Shown here piece after piece: positions 37,889 to 51,886 of a stretch of 64,000 nt of DNA (its first letter is position 1; each line of letters begins with the position of its first letter). Position numbers and translations under genes: made by a program. The stretch comes from Octopus vulgaris. Taxonomy: Eukaryota. Under the pieces are notes generated by a model. It saw only the letters and a list, made by a program, of their open reading frames with translations, was not told the origin of the DNA and did no database searches. The stretch is taken from contig OX597816.1 in NCBI GenBank assembly GCA_951406725.2, positions 150,722,001 through 150,786,000 of the forward strand, read 5' to 3'.

Positions 37889-40711
37889 ATCTGAACAACT
37901 TGCCATCCTCTACACACCATCATAAACTGCAAGCAGGGTACAAATTGTTGTCCTTAAATGCTCGCAGTTTGTGCAACGAAATTCATTTGTTCAACGCCTA
38001 CGTTGGAAGTATTGACCCTGACTTCATCACTGTCACGGAAACATGGGCGCATTCCTTACTCTGTGATGGGGTTTTCAACATCACTGGGTACAACCTCTTC
38101 CGCAAGGACCGCATTAACCGCCGTGGTGGTGGTGTGATGGTCTACGTTCGTTCAAATTTTTCAGTAATTCCTTGTGCCGATTTGAACGAATCACAAGAAG
38201 AAGTTTTTTTCTGTGATGTACGTATAACCATGTCAACACTCCTGCTTGGTGTTGTTTATCGTCCCCCAAATTACCATCGGGACACACAGCTTTGCGATAT
38301 CCTCCGAGCTGCTGCCAGGAAAACAGCCACTTATGTTTTCATTGCAGGCGATTTCAATCATCCTGAGATCAATTGGGAAACCTTCCATTGGCCACAGAGT
38401 GCAAACGATTTTGTTGAGCTTGTACTGGACTCAAACTGGTCACAAGTAGTCACCTCTCCAACAAGAGGCGACAACACCTTGGACCTGCTCTTCACCACAA
38501 CTCCTGAAGCGGTTATCAATTGCACTACGGAGGAACCTCTAGGTGACTCTGATCATGCTATGATCATCGCCAATCTGGCTCTTGCGGGCAACAAAAACCT
38601 GAACCATCTCCAAACTGCTTCCTTCGATTGGAAGAGAGCAGATGTACCTGTACCACACTGAACTACAGCACCCAAACTGGCGTGAATTCTACAACTCTGG
38701 AGATGTGAATACTATACTCCAGAGTATCCTGGACTCAATATGGGCAGCATGTGCAGCATCAGTGTCATGTAAACAGAAAAAGAAGAACCGCCCCAAAAGT
38801 GCAATTTGGGAAACTTCAGCGGTCCGACTTGCCAGGAAGGAACGTCGAACAGCTGAACGGGATTACAAGTTGCATAAATCAGACACCAACAGGAAGAAGC
38901 GGAATAAATCTTCCAACCATCTCAAGCAAGTGACAAAAAAAGCAGTGCTTGAATTTGAACAGTGCATAGCAGCCAATCCTGACAGCAAGGTTTTCTGGAA
39001 ATATGTGCATTCGAAGCAGAGACCTCCCTCTCCAGTGGGCCCTCTTCGCAAACCCTCACACAAACCAGATCACTGACGACCCCAAGGAATGCGCAGAACT
39101 CATTGCCGAGTGCTATGCAAACATATTCACTGTTGAAAGTCAAAATGTACCATCTTCACCATCTCTAACAGCAAATTCCATAACAACTATGGAATTTACA
39201 CCTGCAATGCTGCGACGTCACCTTCAAAATAAGCGCAACTATGCCTCCCCTGGTCTTGATGGAGTTACATACCTGCTTCTCAAACGTGGCAGGTACTTCC
39301 TTTTACACCAGCTCTCTACTTTCTTCCAGTACTGTCTCAACAATGGTGCTACTCCGGAACAGTGGAAAACTGCCAGTGTCATTCCTCTGTTCAATGAAGG
39401 GCGACCGCACATCACCTGTCAACTATCGCCCAGTCAGTCTCACTAGCTGTATTGCAAAACTGATGGCATCGTGTGTCAGAGAAACACTTTGGAACTTCTG
39501 GAGCTCACACAGTCTCATCCGACCCTCACAATATGGATTTGTCCCTAACTCCAGCTGCAGTGATCAGCTTGTCGAGTTCCTTGAGGACATTACTCAGATC
39601 ACTGACAGTGGCTCATGGGTGGATGTTGTCTACCTTGACTTTGCTAAGGCTTTCAACTCTGTGCCACACAAAAGGCTTATGGTGAAACTCTCTGCAATGG
39701 GTGTGGGGGATGACCTTTTTAACTGATTGAAGTCCTTCATTCCTCAACCGAAAGGAGGTAGTCACAGTTCTAGGACAGCATTCTACACCACATGAGATGT
39801 CATCAGGTGTACCACAGGGATCTGTCCTTGGTCCCCTCTTGTTTGTGGCATACATTAATGACATAGATGCAAATTTAAAGAATGCCACAGTATTAAAATA
39901 TGCAGATGACATCAAGCTGTACCTTGAAATCAAGAGGACAGATCCTGTTGTCTACAGCTCTTTCCTGCAATCAGACCTGGACACAATGCAGCAATGGATC
40001 ACAGACTGGCAACTGAAACTGGCCGTGGACAAGTGTACCACCATGCATTTTGGGAGAAAAAACCCTGCGTCCACATACTCCCTCCACAACACTGATATCA
40101 AGAAATCCTCTTGCGAGCGTGACCTAGGCATCACTGTCAGCAGTGATTTGCGTTGGACAAAGCATATCTCTAAAATTGTCAAGAAGGCCGAGGGTGTCTT
40201 GGCATCACTCAGCAAGATTTTTGTTAGCCGCTCTCCAGCCATCTATTTAAAACTGTATACAGCTATGGTACGACCACACTTGGAATTCGCATCATCAGTT
40301 TGGAACCCCTATCTTGCTCAGAACATTGACCTCCTGGAATCTGTTCAGAGACGTGCAACCAAACGCATACCCTCCATCAGACACCTACCATATTCTGAGC
40401 GCCTTGTTTCCCTGGGCATGGATTCACTGAAGCTCCGGCGTCTGGCGACGGACTTGGTAAACGCCCACAAAGTTGTCAACCACCTCACCAATAACAACAC
40501 TGAACACCTTTTTGATCTCCATGTGTCTCACACCTGTGGACATGCCTACAAAGTCAGAAAACAACACAGCTCCCATGACTTTCGGAAACATTTCTTCACA
40601 CTCAGAGTTGCTGAAGCATGGAATAAACTGCCTGCATCAGTTGTTGACTGCCATGACACTGCATCCTTTAAGGCCCTCATGCTTTCTGAAATCCGTCGAA
40701 ACTACACCTGA
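37879..40711 (+). pseudogene. LINE ORF2 (APE endonuclease + reverse transcriptase) with several frameshifts and stops
   Basis: Spread over ORFs 37900, 38642, 39003, 39241 and 39797, with breaks near 38645, 39050, 39395 and 39724. Confidence 0.92.
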
Positions 40712-40781
40712 TTATATATACACTTTCGATGAGTTGTAGTGCACCTGAGCACTGTACACAATGTTTATTATTATTATTATT

Positions 40782-41262
40782 TAAACTCTGCTTGCAAAGA
40801 CCTGTTGAGGCAAGTGAAATCAAAATCAAATTCGATGACTGGCATCCATGCTAGTGGAGCGCTAAGAGCACCATTCGAGCGTGATTGTTGCCAGAGCAGC
40901 TGACTGGCTTCCATACCAGTGGAACATAAAAGGCACCATTCAAGTGTGATTGTTACCAGCATCACCCAACAGGCACTTGAAAAAATGTATTCGAGCAAGG
41001 TCGTTGCCAGTGCCACTGGACTGGCTTCTGTGCAGGTGGCACATAAAAAGCACCTTTTGAGCATAGTCATTGCCAGTACCACCTGACTGGCACATAAAAA
41101 CACCCACTACACTCTCAGAGTGGTTGGCATTAAGAAGGGCTGTAGAAACTCTGCCAGATCAGATTGGAGCCTGGTGTAGCCATCTGGTTCGCCAGTCCTC
41201 AGTCAAATCATCCAACCCATGCCAGCATGGAAAACAGACGTTAAACGATGATATTGATGATG
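40782..41262 (+). mobile_element. RTE 3' tail / RTE-tail SINE ending (GAT)n (other copies 27997-28310 -, 28450-28945 -, 6667-6900 -, 13900-14110 -)
   Basis: Homologous to 53760-54160, which directly follows RTE ORF remnants. Confidence 0.8.
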
Positions 41263-43270
41263 AATTGTAATATTTAAATTAGTAACATACCAAAATTTAG
41301 GCACAAAATCAACAAATTTTGAGAGGAGGGAATTAATTGATTACATTGACCACAGTATTTTACTGGTATTTTATCAATCCTGGAGGAAATGATGATGATG
41401 GAGGAAAGGAAGATAAAAGTGCCTTCAGCAGAATTTGAACTTAGAATATGAAGTGTTATACCTAAATACTGCAAAGAATTATGTCCACAGCCCAAAAGAT
41501 AATCTCACATATACAAATTTTAAAAATTTAAAGCTAATTACACATCACCTGTCTTTTACTACCCAAACATTCAAGAACTGATGGTTCAGAAAGAGTATAA
41601 CTGATGATTTGAAGAAAAAAAGAAAAAAGCTGTATTTATATATCATTTCATAAGATAAAATGTTTATTAAATTCTCCACATTTTGAATAATAAACCGATA
41701 TTACATTAAAGTATTGATTTCTTTTAACTCGACATAAAATCTAATTTTCTTAAGAGAATGAAAATGAGATATCACAATTACTTTTTCCAAAGTTTAAGCA
41801 GCAGAAGAGAAATAATTTCAACTCAGAGTCAAAATCAAGTATCAATGCCCCAGTATCTTAGCTTATACTTTTACAACACTAACTACATTTTGTGACAAAA
41901 TAATGTCCGAAAATTAAATTTCTTAATGTAAACCATTATATAAAAATTGCCAGGTTCTAGAATCATTAAAAAACTGAAAACAATCTTAATACTGGTATAA
42001 TCAAAATACACAAATTTAGACAATAGCAGCATTTTATCTTAACTTTTCATGTTAGTAGATTTGGACAAGCTGTCATGATCTGAGCCAGTTCTTATTCAGA
42101 GTTTCTGCTTTCCTAGTTGAGTTGGAGAACATTTCACACTTTTAGCATGGTAACTAAAGCTTTCCTAACACCAACCACTTAAATAGGTGCATTTTATTGT
42201 GGTACTAACACTAGAGTGGTTGTCATGACTATGAGTAGACAAGACTAAAGACTCTTCTCAATCCTAAGTTTCTTCCACTTACTCATCAATCACCTTACAG
42301 AGTGTACTGGGTGCACATTATTGGCTCAAATAAAATTCCCTTGTACCTTGAGTTCTCCATTCGTAGACGGCAATGTAATTAAGATAGTGAATAGGATAGA
42401 GGGTAATTAAAGAAGATGAACTAGGGTGAGAGGGAGAAAGAAGCAAAAGTATGATAGAAGGAGTAACAGAGTGATTAGTGTGACAGTGTATTAGAAAAGG
42501 GAGAAATGAAAATGAAAGAGCAAGAAAGAGTAAGGTGAAGATAGAGACAGTAAAACTAAGGTGTAATGCAATAGAAGGTGAGAGAGAGAAATTAATGGCA
42601 GTTGCATGTTTGCTGGTAAGCAAGAGAGTAAGTTATTTTTAATCATGGAAATGATCATGGTAGGAATGTGATAGACGAATGAGTGACTTAAAAGTGAAAG
42701 AAAGGTGGCTGGCAGAACAGAAGGTTAAATGGAGGAATATATCAGATACCTATAGATCCAGTGCAATCCCTTGTTCCTCAAGCACTGTGATAGAGAGATA
42801 AGATGATGGTAATTGGGATTGATTAAGGGCAAATCTAATGCTATCCTTCATTGTGTAGGTAAGTAACTGATAGAGAGACAAGAGGATATTGAATAGGCAG
42901 AAGTAGCAAATGGAAACTTAGCAGGTACAAAAATGGGCAACTTCTATTTTAATGTACGTTTGCATAGGCAATTGGGGCTTTTCCAGTATTGTATGCTGTC
43001 ATTTGTCATAGTTCTTTATCATTACCTTCATGATGTGCAATATAAATCTGTCATCCTCTATATACATCACATGAATTTATTCTCTTTACCCTACAGCTGA
43101 TTCCTCCTATATTCAGTTTTCTCAACTTATTGCATTGTCATTCATGGACACTAACATTACACATCCAAGCAGAGTGTGCTTGCTTTGTTTCTTCCAAGTC
43201 TTCACAAATTCTCTTCATTCAAGACTTACAACTCATTACTATGCAGCATCACAGTTTGAATAAAAACATT

Positions 43271-43425
43271 CACTAGCGTAGCTAAAGCAGGGTGGTCTGC
43301 CCCAGGCAGCATTTTTAAAGGGGCACCACTTTTAGGTCTGCTGTAAATAATGTGTTTTTTGTGGAGTCTGGGGGCATCATACAGAAGGGCCGCCCTGGGC
43401 AGTACACAATCTAGCTATGCTAGTG
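43271..43425. mobile_element. Short MITE
   Basis: TIRs cactagcgtagcta / tagctatgctagtg. Confidence 0.65.
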
Positions 43426-44002
43426 CCAACATCATAAAATCATACATAACCATCATAATAATGGAAACAAATTCTTGCAACAGAACAAGTTCACAAATTT
43501 AAGAGAGAGTACAAATGGTTGCATTGGATCCAGTACAAAACTGTTCCTTACTGGTTGCTAAAATAAATATCAAAGTCATTACTAGTAGAATCTGAACTTG
43601 GAATGTAATAGGACAAAATAAAATACTGAAAATCATTTTGTTCAACACTGTATTGATTTGCTCATACACTTAGTAAAAACCCCAAAACAATTTCATTGTT
43701 CTTGGTTTGATGTTTATTTAAATGAAATTTTGTTATTCAATTTTAAACATACTAAATTTCAATAACATACTAAATAACTCGTTAGAAATAATGATTCAAT
43801 AGAAAAATGTTTAGAAAAATACATTTAAAAAAAATAAGATGAAATATTTACATATTTAGTTATATAAATATAAGATATTTTTAAAAACTGTACAATTTAT
43901 AAACAACTATCATACAAATGAATATGAAAATATGAAACAAATCTCATTAAAACCGTAATAAAATGGATTATTTCCAAAGATGATATTTAAAATGTTTTTT
44001 GA

Positions 44003-44061
44003 TTAAAGTGCCTGAGAGAGATCATCATGAGCTTTTTTAAGAATTTCAGCAGCAGTTTCAC
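44003..44061 (-). CDS. BORA: BORA last coding exon (10)
   Basis: ttttcAG|gt gaa..., giving (S)ETAAEILKKAHDDLSQAL*. Phase 1 matches the upstream exon. Confidence 0.75.
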
Positions 44062-44959
44062 CTGAAAATAAAACAGAATTTTATTTAACCCATATATATA
44101 AAATGAATTTCGTTTTTGGATTTGGTTTGCAAGATTCTTTATGTGAGTTCATGTGTTGAGGCATATTCTGTTGTGTCTGGGTAGACAGTCAACAACTATT
44201 AAAAAGGTTGCAAGATGCAATGAAAATTTTAGAAAAATAAATGAGTAAATGAGAGGAAACTTTACCAGTGAGTGTGTTAAATTATAAGGCACTAAAAAAG
44301 AATGACTCTCCCCAGACACAACAGAATACAAAACTAATGTTACAAAAATGCATCTCTCTCACATCTGAAACATTTTTCCAACAGAAAAAGAACATTTACT
44401 TGTCATTAACAATGCTGTAGATTAAAATTATATAACTATAGTTCTTAGGTTTGTAGTTTACCCAAGAGGATAACACTAAATACTCTCATAGTTAAAAAGT
44501 TATGTTTGTCAATGATTTTCAGAATTTTTCTAAAAAGCTTCAAATCTCTTAGCATTCATAATAACTTAGTCTCATATATGCTGATATATTTATACAAAAA
44601 TTACAAAACTAAAAAAAAAATGTACTTTCTGTGTGATATACAGACAGACATATTGTGATCTAATTTAACTTTGTTTTTCTGTTAATGCACAATATAAACT
44701 GAAGGACAATTTCATTTGACCATATGTAAAAATAACTAAGATAACTGGCTAAACGGTCATCTCCATACTTGTATGTGACAGCAGATAGATCTTGCTATTA
44801 AATAATAGTTCGACAGTGGATTATCTTAGACCCTGTCAAAAAAATGAAAAAGAAAAACAACACTGAACGAAGCTTACTAATATAAAACCAGAGATTTCAC
44901 AATTAACCTAATTACAGCAATAGAACACTAAAAATGTTTTACAAGAATAGTTTACTTAC

Positions 44960-45835
44960 TTGCAGGTTTGAAAAGATTCTTGTGTGTTGGAGTTGAAGCT
45001 CCAATAGGATGCCATTGGAAATTTGAAGCTTCATAAGAAGCTGTATTTTTAAGAAGAGTTTCAAGATGCTGTTTGTCACTTTGTGGTATGCTAGGTGTTA
45101 AATTTAGCATCTTGTGAGCTCGCTCAACTACATCTGCATAATCAAGATTAGATTTGTCTGCAATAGTCTTTTCTGCATGTAGTCTGCTCCTAATTAGTGA
45201 AGTGTGATTAGGTTTACAATGAGAAGACTGATCTATAAAATACTTATCTGTATCTGCATTGTCTTGTAGTGATGATGTGCCCATGAAGCCTGATTTAGAA
45301 GTTTGAGACATTTCTGAACGTGAGCCAACATTGTATGACATGTATCCTGTATCTTGTTGAGATGTTGACACACTCTGCAAGCTATCTACATTAGTCACTT
45401 CAAACTTGGAAGGCATCATGCTAAAATTATTGGAGGTAGATAAGACACTGGTCATTTCAGAAAAATTCATTGAAATGTTACATTTTGGTTGAGCTTCTGG
45501 CATTTTCTTGATGCAAAATAATTGAGCTTCGTTTGATGGAATTCCGACTGTCTCTTTGGCAGTATAAATGTTAGAAGATGGTGGGGAAGTATGTCTTTGA
45601 ACCACATTTTGTAAAGAGGGTTCTTCCTTTGATGTTTTTAATTCTTCTAAAGTAGTTCTTCTGCTGTCTGAGTCAATTTTAATAGAATTGACCAATTCAA
45701 TTTCTTTTTGAACTGATGAAAACAAAGGTGACATTCCTTCGAGGCAACTGGGTTTTAAGCAGTTTGTATTGTTTTTAGAAAGCTTGTGACAAGGTGAAGA
45801 AACCGGAGTTTTCATTGAACTTTCCATTGGAACAT
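44960..45835 (-). CDS. BORA: BORA coding exon 9 (large S/T-rich exon)
   Basis: Open 876 nt containing the QQDTGY phosphodegron-like motif (compare BORA DSGY) and GASTP. ttccAG and GTaagt boundaries. Confidence 0.88.
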
Positions 45836-47358
45836 CTGGAATTTTTTTAAATGGTAAAAATATCAATTTACAAAATAAGTTCATTTATGGTGCATGATTA
45901 ATTCACACATAACAAGGATGGAAAATGTGTATGGAAGTGATGGACAAGAGATAAATATGTAATACTGGATGTGTTGCAGAGACAATTTTGACTGTTTCAA
46001 CAAAATCTATCTTCACAGCTATCTGAGAGCATTATATGCCTGCAAAGGACATCTAAGGCAAGCAACTTTGGCTAAAAGTCACCTCAGAGAAATAGCAATA
46101 ACTCTAGATAGGAATATTAATCACACATCATACATTTTGTTCAGCACTAAAGTTAAAAGACTCGTCAGTTATAATCCCTTTACTGCTTATAGAGATTAAA
46201 TGCACCTCTTCATTGTATCTGCTTACAATAAGATGAACTAAAATATTGAAACTAGGCACAGGCAAGGCTGTGTGGTTGAGGAGTTTGCTTTCAAACCATA
46301 TAGTTTCAGGTTCAGTTCCACTGTATGGCACCTTGGAGAAGTGTCTTCCACTATAGCCTCAGGCTGACCAAAACCTTGTGAGTGATTTGGTAGGCAGAAA
46401 CTGAAAGAAGCTCATTGAATGTGCATGCACATGTATGTATGTGTGTGTGAGTGACTTTTTGTTCTTTTTCATTTACCAGTTTGTAAACAATGGCTTCCAA
46501 AAAGTGTCATTTGATTGTAGTCCACCACAAAAGCATGTCTGAGCTTCTCAACAGCTCTAGACAAGTTGTATGATCTTTGTAAACAAAAGGACCATTTATA
46601 CAGTGTTGCTTGTTTCCAGTTTTTCACACAAGATATATCCAGGCTGTTTGCTGCTTGATGAACTAGGAGATTATTAACTCACTTGTAAACAAGTGGGACT
46701 GATGACAAGAAGGGCATCCAGCAGTAAAATACTCTACTGCAACATACTTTCATCTCATCCACACAACCATGAAAAAGTGTTAATAAACATCTATACCAGA
46801 AAAGGTGATCTAATGATTCAGTTATTGTAAATCTTACCAAATGATCAGCTGACTAATATCTAACAAGCTAAGACTCAGCAGACCTTAATTCCTTTACTTA
46901 CAAGCCAATTTAAAATAAGTTAGACAACAATGACTTATTCATTAGCAAGCAGGCTGGTATCTTGCCTAACAGCCTGTTGATATCTAACAGTCAGTCAGCT
47001 ACCTCATCTTTTAGTTACTTAATATCATAGTAATTCTCATTTAATAAATTTAGAAACACAAGAATTTGTTAATATGCACCATGAACATTGCCAACTAAAG
47101 GGTTAAATCACCTGAAAGGACTATTTAGAGGATCAATAAATTATGAACTTGTTGCATTTTATTAAATGATGGTTTCATATCAATTCAGTAATCTAGTCCC
47201 TGAAGTCTTTCCATGACAGGAAAATGCATTTAGCTTCCAGTAACTGAACCCTATCTAAAAATGTGACATGATAGATTGGAAAGTTCTTTGTTTTATATTG
47301 TTACATCTTCATTTTAATCTACAATTAACTGGAATACAGATGAAAATAATTCAAATAC

Positions 47359-47620
47359 CTGATATATTAAGAGAAGCCATTTCTGATGAATGACTTTCTA
47401 AATTAATTGGTGATACACAAGGACTAGATAAACGCTTGCTAGAATCTTCTAAAGAACCTAAAGAATGTCGACGGAAATTTGATCGAGATCTGGTTGACAA
47501 TGGAGATGATAGCTGGTGAATTGGTGATAAGACAGTTCCACTGCAGTCTAAAGCATCTCCAGCTATATATGATTTGTAACGACGACTACGGTGACTCACA
47601 GGACTTGAAGATAGTGGATT
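47359..47620 (-). CDS. BORA: BORA coding exon 8
   Basis: NPLSSSPVS (compare BORA FSSSP polo-box-binding site) ...LSSPCVSPI; 262 nt, phase 0/1. Confidence 0.85.
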
Positions 47621-48606
47621 CTGAAAATTTAAAGTTAAATTATTTCCTTTTATACAAAATAAATATATGAAATGACATTACAATTTTTCTTTCTTAATAT
47701 TGGCATGACTATGTGCACTAAGAACCTGAATATTTTGATTACTATTTATAAGATAGCAATGAAGTTTCAGTCCTGATGTATATTGACCAAAAGGTTATGC
47801 ATTCAAACTCATTATTCTTATATCCCCCATCTAAGGCAATGTATATTACTTGCAGTCATCTTCAGTGGTTAACTGAAATCAGTATCACCTCTATTTTGTC
47901 AGAGTGGTTAGCCACAAGAAGAGAAAATAGTTATGAAAACCATTTTCCAGTAATTTAAATTCAAATTTTCCAAAATTATTTCAAAACTAACACACTCATT
48001 TGTGTCAATAACATAAAATCAATTTTCTTTTTTTTTTTTTTGCAAGGCACAAGGTTAATTCTCAAAAAGTGACAATTAGTCAAGTAAATATAAAAATGTT
48101 TTCTTGATATTTATTTTATTCACAATGGAAAATTGAATGTTCAAGTCAACTTTGGTGGAATGAGGAAAGACAAAACTAAATACAATAAAGCATTTAGTCC
48201 AAGACTTTACCATCTTACTCTCTTCCTGAGAAATCTGGTTAAACCAATTTTTTTTTAAGTATAAAGAATAATCTGTGAAGTCTTCATGTGGAAAGAATTG
48301 AACTCTGAACCTAAAAGTAAGCTAGCAATTTTAATCAAATACAGTGCTATTTCAGCCATTCCTATTGCCTTCATTAAATTAGTATTGATTCACTTCACTG
48401 TGACTCATTTGAGAATCATAAGCAAGTGCTTAATGTACTAGTAAACAAATTTGTTTATTATTTCAGTTTTGAGGGTATTAGAAGTGAAGATCAATGCAGT
48501 TCTGTTTAAACGTAATATTGATGGCAGGGAAAGTATTGACAACAGATTTGATAAAGCAGACTGTAAAAAAAGTAAAAATAACAATGAGATGTAGGTATAC
48601 ACTAAC

Positions 48607-48688
48607 CATTGAAGCACATCTGTCCCAGTCGGGTGTGGTGGGTATAGGAGCAGGAGGTATATCACACTCATTTAAGGACTCGTCTGAT
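48607..48688 (-). CDS. BORA: BORA coding exon 7
   Basis: tttcAG|a SDESLNECDIPPAPIPTTPDWDRCASM|GTtagt. Phase 2/0 links its neighbours. Confidence 0.75.
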
Positions 48689-48829
48689 CTGAAAGTACAG
48701 AAAATTTACAATATCTTAAATCTACTGTCATTAATTTTTGGTCTGTGTATGCAAAAAGTTACTCTGAAAATATTTTTCGAGTAACAAAAACAAATATGTG
48801 TACACTGACTTCTTTAGCACTATGTATAC

Positions 48830-49490
48830 TAATAGTAAACCTTTAAAAGTAAGACCCTCTCCGTAATGAATAACAATGGCCTCTTTATCACAACTAGCGA
48901 CATTAATGCATATGTAAGCTTGCACTTTGGGAACCACTGACCTAGATAACAGAAGCTGTTGACTACCTCTAGTTTACCCACCTGGTAGTTGATGGAGCCT
49001 CTTTTCTGTACATTTTTAGTGTTTAGTGCACTTCTGCACCTTCCCAACACAAAAACTATACTCCCAAGTCAACCTTCCTCTGATATTGCTGCAAGGCTTG
49101 CACTGGGTGCATCTTATAGAGTTTCTACCAATGCCTTTCTACAGATTGAGCAGGGCCATCTACCTGAAGGGATTTGTGATTTGTCTGCTCTCCTACTTAC
49201 TAAGACTTTGGTTTTTGCTTGACTAACTTTAAGGCCCTTTGATTCTAGACCTTGTTTTCATGCCTGCAATTTCTTCTCTAGTTCAGAAAGTGATTCAGCT
49301 ATAAGAACAAGGTTATCATACAGGAGCTCACAGGGGCAGCCCATCTGAAATTTGAATTCCTCTGTTATTGCCTGGAGGACCATGAACACAAGGGGGCTGA
49401 GAACTGATCCTTGGTGAACCCCTACTTGTACCCTGAATTTATCACTGTGGTCGTTGCTAACCTTCACTTCACTCACAGCATCCCTGTATT
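48830..49490 (-). mobile_element. RTE LINE fragment
   Basis: VQVGVHQGSVLSPL, ELLYD and LEVVNSFCYLG remnants. Confidence 0.85.
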
Positions 49491-49589
49491 AAAACACTCA
49501 ATGTAACTACAACCAAGGCAATTAGAAGATTTGTCAACCATAAATTAAATACTTTAATAACAGTTCATTAAGAAATTAATATATAATGA

Positions 49590-50530
49590 ACATATGTATA
49601 GTGCTCAGGTGCACAGAATGTGAACAGTGAAAAAGTCTAAAGAAAAGAAAAAAGGGATGGGGCATCAGGTGTACTGTTAGCAAATTTCAAGAAGCACGAA
49701 AGTTTTCAAGGATGTAGTGTCTCAAATGCTAACAACTGATGCAAGTAGTTTATTCCATGCTTCAGCAATTCTGAGTATGAAAAAATGTTTCCAAAAGTCA
49801 TGGGTACTGTGCTGTATTTTGATTCTGTAAGTATGTTCATGAGTGTTAGACATGCAGAATTCAAAAAGGTGCCCACAGTCGCTGTTGGAAAGATGGTGGA
49901 TAATCTTGTGAGTATCTACCAAGTCAGTTGCCAGATGTCAGAGCTTTAATGTGTCCATACCCAGAGAAACAAGACATTCAGAGTATGGTTGATGTCTGAC
50001 GGTGGGTATTCATCTGGTAGCACATTTCTGAACAATTTCTAGGAGATTGTTATGCTGAATAAGATAGTGTTTCCAGACTGGTGAAGAAAACTAAGTGTGG
50101 ACTTGCCACAGTCATATACAGTTTTAAAAAGATAGCTGGAAAGCAACTGACAAAGGTCATACTGATTAATGCTAAGTCACTCTCAGCCTTCTTGACAATC
50201 TTAGAGATGCAGTTTGTCCAATACAGATCAGTGTTAACAATAATACCTGGGTCACATTCACTAACAGACTTCTTAAGATTATGTAAAAGCTGGATTTTTT
50301 CCCTCCCAAAATGCATGGTGATGCACTTGTTCACAGCCAGCTTGAGTTGCCAGTCAGTAATCCATTGCTGCATTGTGTCCAAGTCTGATTGCAAGAAAGA
50401 TCTATAGCATATAGGATTTATTCTTTTTATCTTAAGGTACAACTTGATATCTTGACATATATGACAAAAAATGTCATGCAGAATGATAATGAATCTACTG
50501 ACTTGTATTTGGATGCTATCAATGTATGCA
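49590..50530 (-). mobile_element. CR1-type LINE 3' fragment
   Basis: DIKLYL...LQSDLDTMQQWITDWQLKLAV, near-identical to 39.9-40.7 kb. Confidence 0.88.
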
Positions 50531-51473
50531 TTAACTCCTTGGAAGATCACAACAGAAATTTACAGGCATATGTGCCATGCTTTTGCATGGACTTAATACA
50601 TGAACTTATCCTTTAGACAGTTTATTGCATTCTTCTATCACAAATTACAATAAACCTGAATGTTTTGTGAAATCAGAATTTTATGAAAGTTTGTAGTCTG
50701 TTGAAACTAGTAATACTAGCAAGAGAATTTTCAAATGCATGCAAGAAGTGTTTGAATTCTAAACAGGCCAATACAGAAGGAATTGTATTTTCAACATGTA
50801 GAATGCTGTCCATTTTGATTCACTGAATAAACTGCCATAAGAAGTAACAATAAGGAATCCATATCCCAAAGACTTTATTTAACAAATAATGCATCAGCTC
50901 AACACCCAGATCAAGTAAAGGAGAGCATTCATCACATGATACATCAATTATTACAACCAACTTCAAAATCTAAAACTGAAAATTAATCAACACTTTAACC
51001 TAATACAAATGTTCCTATGTTTGACTCAAGGGCAGTTGGGAAAGAATTTGGATTCTGCTCTTTCTCTACAGAGCAAATTATGAAACAAAAGCTTAAATGG
51101 ACTGTCTCATACATGAAGGCTAGGTAAATGTGGTGGGTGTATCGTCCTATATAAGTGAGCCAAATATTTGAACTCTTTAGCATTCAGATAACTGTCAAAT
51201 GTAATACTTATTCACATTGTTTTGAATTAATCAAGCATTATCTTGTAGCTTTGAGATTTCAATGATGTGATTTTTTTTTTTGAATGACACTAGGGTAAAT
51301 TTGTACTAAGCTATTTGCTCAATATCTTACATACTCAATCATTTTTGTTTTTACAGGTCTTGTAAAAGGTAAATAGGTATTCAGAGCTGATGTAATTTCG
51401 TGTTAAAACAATGAAATACAGTTGAAATAGTTTTGATTTTGTTTTCAAGACAGAACTAGCCATTGGGACTTAC

Positions 51474-51618
51474 CTGGCCATATTACTGCCCATTGAACTA
51501 CTGTCACTCTCCTGAAACTCTTGACAGAACAGTTTGCGCCGAAGACTAGCAGTACTGAACGATTCTGACTGGCTATTTTCAGCATCACTCCTTTTCTCTT
51601 CATAAGTCATATATTGTC
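51474..51618 (-). CDS. BORA: BORA coding exon 6
   Basis: GQYMTYEEK...FSTASLRRKLF, with the BORA SLRRKLF motif; 145 nt, phase 1/2. Confidence 0.92.
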
Positions 51619-51829
51619 CTACAAGTTATCAATAGTGTTAGATTTGTTTAAGTATAAGAAGTACAAGGCAGTCAGCGAAATAGTAGAGGGAAGATAGAAG
51701 AAAAGAGAATGACAGATGAATAGCAGAGAGAAGAAAGAGAGCAAGAAAGGAGAAGTGAGAAAAAGAAAATAGAAAAGAGAGAGAGGATGTGTGTGTGTGT
51801 GTATATGTGTGAAAATGAAAATAACTTAC

Positions 51830-51886
51830 CTAAAACCTTATTGATATTGAAGTCTAATGGTAAAGTTAAACATGTCTGACAGCCAA
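51830..51886 (-). CDS. BORA: BORA coding exon 5
   Basis: GCQTCLTLPLDFNINKVLG (compare BORA CQTLLSLPVDFNLENILG). AG and GTaagt boundaries. Confidence 0.92.

Larger units (their letters stand above)
36810..40781 (+). mobile_element. CR1-clade LINE, near full-length and disabled, inserted into an RTE 3' tail
   Basis: ORF1 (Thr-rich repeats, coiled coil, VIVIGVPED...RLGRPGPKPRLIKLSF) and ORF2 with APE (LNARSL, TETW, YRPP, GDFN, GDSDH) and RT (NYRPVSLTS, YLDFAKAF, SGVPQGSVLGPLLF, YADD) motifs. (TTA)n tail. The flanks rejoin as RTE tail ...cattggacact|aaactctgcttgc..., as at ~53770. Confidence 0.93.

Noticed and set aside
50999-51065. Extra BORA exon (EKEQNPNSFPTALES...)
   Set aside because: In the required phase 2 it hits a TGA. 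The neighbouring exons join in phase without it.
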